Origin: a candidate division FCPU426 bacterium
Lineage (GTDB): Bacteria > Oederibacteriota > Muellerivitia > Muellerivitales > Muellerivitaceae
Assembly: GCA_963830915.1 (NCBI GenBank)
Contig: CAWHOE010000027.1
Span: forward strand, 100,331-164,330
Direction of reading: 5' to 3'
DNA length: 64,000 bases
A model generated the notes under the pieces. It was not told the DNA's origin and made no database searches. It was given only the letters and a program-made list of their open reading frames with translations. The translations under genes were made by a program, and so were the position numbers. Positions within the stretch are counted from its first letter, which is position 1. Every line of letters begins with the position of its first letter. This document shows, piece by piece, positions 58,264 through 64,000 of this stretch.

Positions 58264-58923
58264 TTACTTCCCTACCGCCGCCAGGGCCGCTTTCTCGAAG
58301 CGTGCCATGACTTCATCCAACGGTCCCTCGCAAGGTATCCGTTTCAAGAGCCCCTTCTTTTCGTAATACTCCACCAGGGGTGACGTGTCCTTGGTGTAGA
58401 CGTTCAAGCGGTTCTCGATGGTGGCTCGGTTATCATCCGCCCGTTGGATCACTTCCCCGCCACACTTGTCGCAAACCCCTTCTTTTTTCGGGTTCAAACC
58501 CGTGTTGACGTTGTAACCCGTCCCGCAATTCTTGCAGGACCTGCGACCGGTCAGGCGTTGGATGAGTGTTTCCCGTCCCACTTCGATCTTCAGGACCGCG
58601 TCCACCGGCTTGCCGATCTCTTTCAGGATGCCGTCCAGGGTCTGGGCCTGGGGAATGGTCCGGGGAAATCCGTCCAGGATGAAGCCCTTGGCCGCGTCCG
58701 CTTGTTTCAAGCGCTCCCGCACCAGCCCGATCACCACCTCGTCAGGAACCAATTCGCCCTTTTTCATGAACTCTTGGGCTTTCAAACCCAGAGGCGTCCC
58801 TTCCTTGACCGCCGCGCGCAGGATGTCCCCGGTGGAAACCTGGGGTATCTGGAATTTCTTGATCAATACCGCCGAGTAGGTTCCTTTGCCCGCTCCCGGC
58901 TCGCCCAATAGAATGAATTGCAT
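58264..58923 (-). CDS. adk: Adenylate kinase (zinc LID type)
   Basis: GEPGAGKGT, STGDILR, GFILDGFPRT, CKNC...CDKC, QRADD. Confidence 0.97.
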   Translation of the reverse strand: MQFILLGEPGAGKGTYSAVLIKKFQIPQVSTGDILRAAVKEGTPLGLKAQEFMKKGELVPDEVVIGLVRERLKQADAAKGFILDGFPRTIPQAQTLDGILKEIGKPVDAVLKIEVGRETLIQRLTGRRSCKNCGTGYNVNTGLNPKKEGVCDKCGGEVIQRADDNRATIENRLNVYTKDTSPLVEYYEKKGLLKRIPCEGPLDEVMARFEKAALAAVGK

Positions 58924-59000
58924 AGCGCTCTCCTTATAGGTGGATTCGTTTTACGAGGGATGAGTCTAACCGGAAGGGGGATTTCTCTATTTGATGGAAA

Positions 59001-59786
59001 TCATACTCGCTGATGAAAAGATCGCTTCGGAGGCGGGCCAGGCGCCATTTCTAAAAATGTTAAGTTTATAACTCCTTTATAAAAGTCGTTGTTCCAATCG
59101 AGTACGACTGTTTTTTTCTGTTTATCATTATCAATTTTTAAGTATTTCGGACGGTAAGCTAGATTCGTTAAATCTTTAGGAACCGTGATTGCTAAATAAA
59201 ATGGGAAACCAGCAAAACTGAAATAAATACCTAATATTTCATTATTGGGTCCATAAAGTTGTTCAGAACCAAATTGATGATAACCATAACAAATACTATT
59301 GGGCGGTTTATTAATAAATAAACCATGTCCATTTAACCATTCTCCTTTCCCAAAAAGTATTTTCACCAAATACTCGAAATGACTTGGTTGTATTTTAGCT
59401 GGAGAAAACTGACCTATAGAATAAGCACCTAGCAAATATTTCAAAAACCATCTTTCTATAATAAGTCCTTTAGCATTCAAATGATCTCCGCATTCTTCAA
59501 AAGAACCTACGCACCTTAAATAATCGAACAACCTCCCAGCTTCAGTATCCAAATCATTTAATGATTCGTTATGTTTTTTGCATAAGACTCGAGCTGAAAA
59601 ACTGGATAAAGAAAATGTACCGTCATGCATTTTCTTCGATTTGTTAAAACCTTCTACGGGAATAATTTTTTTAAACGTTTTCAATATATTCTCAGAGATA
59701 TAGTGTTCTTTCGATATTTTCTTAGAACAATCCCCTAAGCTATTTGCATAACAGTTGGGATGAGAAAATAAATTATTTCCAACCAT
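59001..59786 (-). CDS. Putative HNH-like zinc endonuclease
   Basis: CYA....DC...SKEHYIS...LCKKHN; AT-rich. Confidence 0.55.
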   Translation of the reverse strand: MVGNNLFSHPNCYANSLGDCSKKISKEHYISENILKTFKKIIPVEGFNKSKKMHDGTFSLSSFSARVLCKKHNESLNDLDTEAGRLFDYLRCVGSFEECGDHLNAKGLIIERWFLKYLLGAYSIGQFSPAKIQPSHFEYLVKILFGKGEWLNGHGLFINKPPNSICYGYHQFGSEQLYGPNNEILGIYFSFAGFPFYLAITVPKDLTNLAYRPKYLKIDNDKQKKTVVLDWNNDFYKGVINLTFLEMAPGPPPKRSFHQRV

Positions 59787-59863
59787 TATTTGTGGGTCTC
59801 CCTAACGACTGACAATTTAAATTCCACTTTTGACAGATACGATGGTTCATACCATGGACAAAA

Positions 59864-60958
59864 TTAATTTTGCATTATTAAAGTTCGATACTCCTTATTG
59901 CTTTTGAACACATTGAATTGACCGTCAGCTTTGATTTTATCTTTGTAAGTCGGATCCAATTTAAGGATGGTCTTTATTTGATCGATCGCATTTGTTTGTT
60001 CTCCATTTGCCCAATAAGCCAAAGCCAAATTGTAATGACCTTCAATATAAGAAGGATTTATCGCGATTGAATTTACTAACGAATCAACCGCCTGCTTAAA
60101 TTCATGATTTCTAAAATAAGAATAACCCAAATAGTTAAACGCTTCGTAATTTCGACTATTGTTTTCTATCGCGGTTTTATAAGAGGAAATTGCTCTGTCA
60201 AAGTCCTTTTTTAAATAATAAGCTTTCCCATACTCAACCCAAACTTCGCTCAGACGGTCTTTCGTTTTATTTAATAAATCATTATCACCTAATGTTGCTG
60301 CTGCACCGTTGATCATTTCCAGATTGGCTGTTCTTGTACAACAATCATTTCCGCTTTCAGGATAATTTAATATATTTCCTTCGCATTCTTTAATTAGATC
60401 TCTATAAAACTTAGCGTGTTTACTTCCCGAAACAATAAACTCATCTTTAATTGGATCATAATCATAGATTCTTGGCATACTTCCATAATACCCATGTGAA
60501 TCAACGACTATCTCTTTATTGCCATCGCCGTCTAAATCAACAACTTCACCACTAGTGGCGCAGTTGAAAGAAATTGTTTGATATTTCCTATTTTTAAATC
60601 CTAAAACGTTTGCAGAACCACAATTTGAACACCAACTTTTATTGTAAAAAATCATCTCTTTTGAACCCTTGTGAAATCTTTCAATACTGATATACCGGCT
60701 ATCCTCATACGGTTCATCCGCGCCACTTTTTTCTTCATAAACTATTTTGTTTTTTTCATAAATTATTAAGCTTTTGAAATGGCATCTATCGTCTTGTTTA
60801 TCTAATTTTTCATTCACTAATACGATCGCTTCTTTGCTTCCATCACCTTTCAAATCCGCATAATAGGTATATGGGCCACAGGTAGTTTCTTTTGAATTGC
60901 CGGCGGGGTAACAATAACTGGGAAAAATAAGTAGGATTAGAATTAATGAACTTTTCAT
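59864..60958 (-). CDS. Secreted protein with FG-GAP-like motifs and TPR repeats
   Basis: ADLKGDGSKE, VDLDGDGNKEIVV; C-terminal TPRs. Confidence 0.75.
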   Translation of the reverse strand: MKSSLILILLIFPSYCYPAGNSKETTCGPYTYYADLKGDGSKEAIVLVNEKLDKQDDRCHFKSLIIYEKNKIVYEEKSGADEPYEDSRYISIERFHKGSKEMIFYNKSWCSNCGSANVLGFKNRKYQTISFNCATSGEVVDLDGDGNKEIVVDSHGYYGSMPRIYDYDPIKDEFIVSGSKHAKFYRDLIKECEGNILNYPESGNDCCTRTANLEMINGAAATLGDNDLLNKTKDRLSEVWVEYGKAYYLKKDFDRAISSYKTAIENNSRNYEAFNYLGYSYFRNHEFKQAVDSLVNSIAINPSYIEGHYNLALAYWANGEQTNAIDQIKTILKLDPTYKDKIKADGQFNVFKSNKEYRTLIMQN

Positions 60959-60991
60959 ATAACCTCCGCGCCGTAGACAAATACTTTAATT

Positions 60992-61036
60992 CATTATAAA
61001 CAAAAAGGACGGGCCACATGGCCCGTCCCTAAGTTC
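60992..61036 (-). terminator. Hairpin and T-tract after ParB-like gene 2, ending in TATAAT
   Basis: Minus strand GGACGGGCC-ATGT-GGCCCGTCC-TTTTTGTTTATAATG; same layout as 24572-24616. Confidence 0.65.
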
Positions 61037-61090
61037 TGAGCACTTTAGCTATTAAATTAAGCCAAAAACCTCACAAATTGACTCCCGCTA

Positions 61091-62977
61091 TTAATGGTTC
61101 ACCTCGGTTACTTTGACCACCGCTTCGGACCCATCCGAGTTGTGGTAGGTCTCGACGATCAGGCCCACCTTCTTTCGGGATATTAGTTTTTTCGGATAGG
61201 TCAAATCGCTCCGGGTGGTCAAAACACCCTGCACCAAGAAGTCATCCGAAAAATCGTCGAATTTCAATAGTTTCGGCGGTTGGGAAGATTCAAATACCAT
61301 GTACATCTTCCCTTCCTTGACTTCATCCTGCCGGTCTTTGGAGAAATACTTCTGATAAAAGGCTTCGCTGTAATCGGTACTCAACTTTCCATCAAAGTAC
61401 CTTTGCCAATCCTCGTATTCCATATGGTAGGACAGCTCGAAGAACGTCTTGGCTAAATCGGCGTCGTCTTCCGCGTCGTTTTTCATCCGGTCATTCAATT
61501 CTTCGGGCACATCCGGTGATTTCCGATTGCTTAGAGATTGTAGAGATTGTCCATCATTTGAAGGTTTAGCTGGGCTCGAGGGCTTTGCTACTGACGGCGT
61601 ATTTACCTGTGCGACGGAAACCGGCGCTCCTTCTTTTGGGGCGATACCCCCACCCCCGCTCCCCTTTTCCGACATAGTTGGGACAAGGTTTTTGAACCTG
61701 GCCGTCAGGTCCCCTGGGTGGAATATCCTGTCGTAAGCCGCCCAAAGAAGGGCCAAGACGATGACCCAGAACCAAACAAACCGCATGAAGCCTTCGGCTG
61801 GCTTGGCCAGGTCATGGACAGCCCCTTTAAAGGGTGTCCAGAAGAGGGCCTTCAATACCGCCCCTACAGCCTTGATGACCCAATGAATCCCGGACAGAAT
61901 GCCTTTTACCAGACGCTCCTGGCCCTTATTCATCTGGGGAAGCCCATGGCCATCGGCCACATGCTTAGGGATATGATTTCCGGGTACTGATCCCATAGGG
62001 GAATCAGCAGCCTGGGGCGAGGCTGGGACCGCCACCGCCGACTGTTTGGTTTCCATACCTGTGACGGTTTCAACCATTTCCGTTGGTTTGGCTACCAGCT
62101 TCTGGGTAAGTACTCCAGCCTGTTCCAGATGTTTTTGGACTAATGCTCTGGCCTGGGGTGCGGCCATTTGGTTGGTTAAGATTTGCTGTAGGCTCTGGTA
62201 CGCCAGGTCTTGGGCTTTCTCGGGGGGCTTAATGGCTAACAGACGGACCAGTTGGTAAGCCACATTCTCGGAAAGTACCCAAGGGTCGTCATTTCCAGAC
62301 TTTAATTTGTCACGTTCTTCTAGGGATTTTACTGAAGTTAAGTAAATTGACCCGGCCGACCCTTCTTCTTGGACGCCAGAATCACCACTGCTTTGTGGGT
62401 TAGAGGCATTCTGACTACTGGCACCAGCGGCATCTTCCAATTTATCCATGTAGTCATGGATCAAGGCCCTGGCGGGACCGTTCAAGACGGTCAATAGACG
62501 CTTGGCCCGGCTGACGGCTTGCTGTTCAACGCCGAACTTATCCGCCCATATATCCTGGGTCCAGTCCGTATGGTCCTTCATGACGCTTTCCCAGCTTTCG
62601 TACTTATCCAGCCAGTAGACCTCCGCTCCGGCATTGGAGGTGATGGCCATGATCTTGGCTTCCTCCAGGGTGATATCCAACTCCTCGCACTCTATCTGGG
62701 GCCAACCCAACTGCCCGGCGGCCAGAAAACGCCTTTGGCCGGAAATGATGGGGTAAGGTGCCTGGCCGTTCCCTTTCCAAACCAGGAGGCGGTGGATATA
62801 CCCGCCCTTGGCCATATAGGCCTGGAGGGTACGCATTTCAGCCGGGTCTTTGAACTTACGGGGGTTCCAATCCGGCACTACCAGATCGGACAGGAGGATC
62901 ATCCGGACAACGGGTTGCTTTGGCTGGGAACTTTCATCGGATTCAGACGAGGGTCTATCTTTAAGGTCTACGGACAT
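61091..62977 (-). CDS. ParB-like protein 2 fused to a TM helix and a VirB8/TraE-like C-terminal domain
   Basis: AAGGAG RBS; WNPRKF...IISGQRRFLAA...AITSN; HTH TQDIWADKFGVEQQAVSRA; TM FVWFWVIVLALLWAAY. Confidence 0.8.
   Translation of the reverse strand: MSVDLKDRPSSESDESSQPKQPVVRMILLSDLVVPDWNPRKFKDPAEMRTLQAYMAKGGYIHRLLVWKGNGQAPYPIISGQRRFLAAGQLGWPQIECEELDITLEEAKIMAITSNAGAEVYWLDKYESWESVMKDHTDWTQDIWADKFGVEQQAVSRAKRLLTVLNGPARALIHDYMDKLEDAAGASSQNASNPQSSGDSGVQEEGSAGSIYLTSVKSLEERDKLKSGNDDPWVLSENVAYQLVRLLAIKPPEKAQDLAYQSLQQILTNQMAAPQARALVQKHLEQAGVLTQKLVAKPTEMVETVTGMETKQSAVAVPASPQAADSPMGSVPGNHIPKHVADGHGLPQMNKGQERLVKGILSGIHWVIKAVGAVLKALFWTPFKGAVHDLAKPAEGFMRFVWFWVIVLALLWAAYDRIFHPGDLTARFKNLVPTMSEKGSGGGGIAPKEGAPVSVAQVNTPSVAKPSSPAKPSNDGQSLQSLSNRKSPDVPEELNDRMKNDAEDDADLAKTFFELSYHMEYEDWQRYFDGKLSTDYSEAFYQKYFSKDRQDEVKEGKMYMVFESSQPPKLLKFDDFSDDFLVQGVLTTRSDLTYPKKLISRKKVGLIVETYHNSDGSEAVVKVTEVNH
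62328..62346. repeat. 19-bp near-perfect palindrome inside ParB-like gene 2
   Basis: TTTACTGAA-G-TTAAGTAAA (one mismatched pair). Confidence 0.6.
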
Positions 62978-63185
62978 GGGAGACTCCTTCCAGCGTGGAT
63001 AGGATCTCCCCACCTGTCGTAGCTAACCGACAGGTAATCCTTCGGGAAATATTAATAAATTGTCAAATCGATTTTAGACAAGCAAGAAATGGATGGAATT
63101 TGGGAAAACGGATTAACCCGATTTTTGAACCGTGAAATTAAACCGTTAAAACTATTTCAAGGGGAATGAACCGTTGGGTTATGAA

Positions 63186-64000
63186 TTAATACAGACCGGT
63201 ATTCAAACTATTTTGATGAAACTTCGGCCAGGGGGATGTCGCTAAAGTACCTGAACCACTGATGGCATAAAGATTCCCATCATTCGACCCAAAATAAACC
63301 GTTCCATCACTACCTATAGCAGGAGACATATTCACATAACTTCCAGTAGTGAAATACCACTTCTCCGAACCATCCGAATTCAAAGCATAAAAATTGAAGT
63401 CACCAGAGCCAAAATAGATTGTCCCGTCGCTAGCAATAGCAGGGATTGTAAATAATGCAAAACCCGTCGTAAAAGACCACTTCATTGTTCCATTTGGATT
63501 GAGGGCATATAAATTCTTATCCCAAGAGCCGATATAAATGGTCCCATCCGCTCCAATGGCCGGCGATGAATACACCTGATTGCCGGTTGTAAACACCCAT
63601 TTTTGCGTACCATTGGGATTTATGGCGTAGAAATTACCAGTCGCTGATCCAACATAAATTGTTCCATCACTTCCAATTGCTGGGCTTGAATATCCCCCCG
63701 CGGTCGGAAATACCCATTTTTCCGATCCGTCTGAGTTTAAAGCAAAAAGGCTGTTGCCAACTGATCCAACATATATCGTCCCATCACTTCCGATAGCAGG
63801 GGAGCTTGCAACTGCATTACCTATTGGAAAAACCCATTTCTGAGTACCATTTGAGTTGATGGCATAAAAGTTATAATCTTCTGATCCAACATAAATTGTT
63901 CCATCACTTCCAATGGCAGGTCCTGAATACACATAATTACCGGTCTTAAACTTCCATTGTTGTATCCCATTTGAATTAAGAGCATAAACATAGGTATCAC
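63186..64000 (-). CDS. PQQ-like/BamB beta-propeller repeat protein (3' part; starts beyond the window)
   Basis: ~40-aa repeats SSPAIGSDGTIYVGS...YA.N.NG..KW.F.TG; terminal PWPKFHQN..NTG. Confidence 0.88.
   Translation of the reverse strand, partial: DTYVYALNSNGIQQWKFKTGNYVYSGPAIGSDGTIYVGSEDYNFYAINSNGTQKWVFPIGNAVASSPAIGSDGTIYVGSVGNSLFALNSDGSEKWVFPTAGGYSSPAIGSDGTIYVGSATGNFYAINPNGTQKWVFTTGNQVYSSPAIGADGTIYIGSWDKNLYALNPNGTMKWSFTTGFALFTIPAIASDGTIYFGSGDFNFYALNSDGSEKWYFTTGSYVNMSPAIGSDGTVYFGSNDGNLYAISGSGTLATSPWPKFHQNSLNTGLY

Noticed and set aside
63186..64000. ~120-bp tandem DNA repeats as a non-coding array
   Set aside because: They are the coding repeats of the beta-propeller protein

Overview
A 64 kb bacterial chromosome segment; the organism is probably diderm, since it encodes LolA-like, beta-barrel and lipoprotein products. 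The GC-rich backbone carries sufB (partial) with an Rrf2 regulator, gluconokinase, recO, yajQ, rodZ, lolA, ftsK, uidA, gatCAB, pcrA, rplM-rpsI, speE, queF, a futalosine menaquinone cluster (mqnA, mqnC, mqnE, mqnP, ubiX) and adk. AT-rich accessory blocks interrupt it at about 10.4-14.1, 18.1-29.7, 59-61 and 63-64 kb. The main unexplained signals are: (1) two paralogous ParB-like genes with no parA, each carrying a different 19-bp palindrome inside its coding sequence at the equivalent position, one of them fused to a transmembrane helix and a VirB8/TraE-like domain; (2) a DUF3800 gene plus a barnase/RelE-like nuclease gene with a convergent, independently promoted ~90-nt structured RNA; (3) three integrase-free cargo blocks bounded by duplicated ends of host genes; (4) a ~75-bp double-hairpin element inserted with a CA duplication into two different REP-like repeats; (5) many REP-like inverted pairs, one set read in frame into the LolA signal peptide. 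An intact IS481 with a 7-bp target duplication and four PIN-type toxin-antitoxin loci, two of them decayed, are also present. I found no tRNA, rRNA or CRISPR array. All protein assignments come from motifs recognised by eye; no searches were run.
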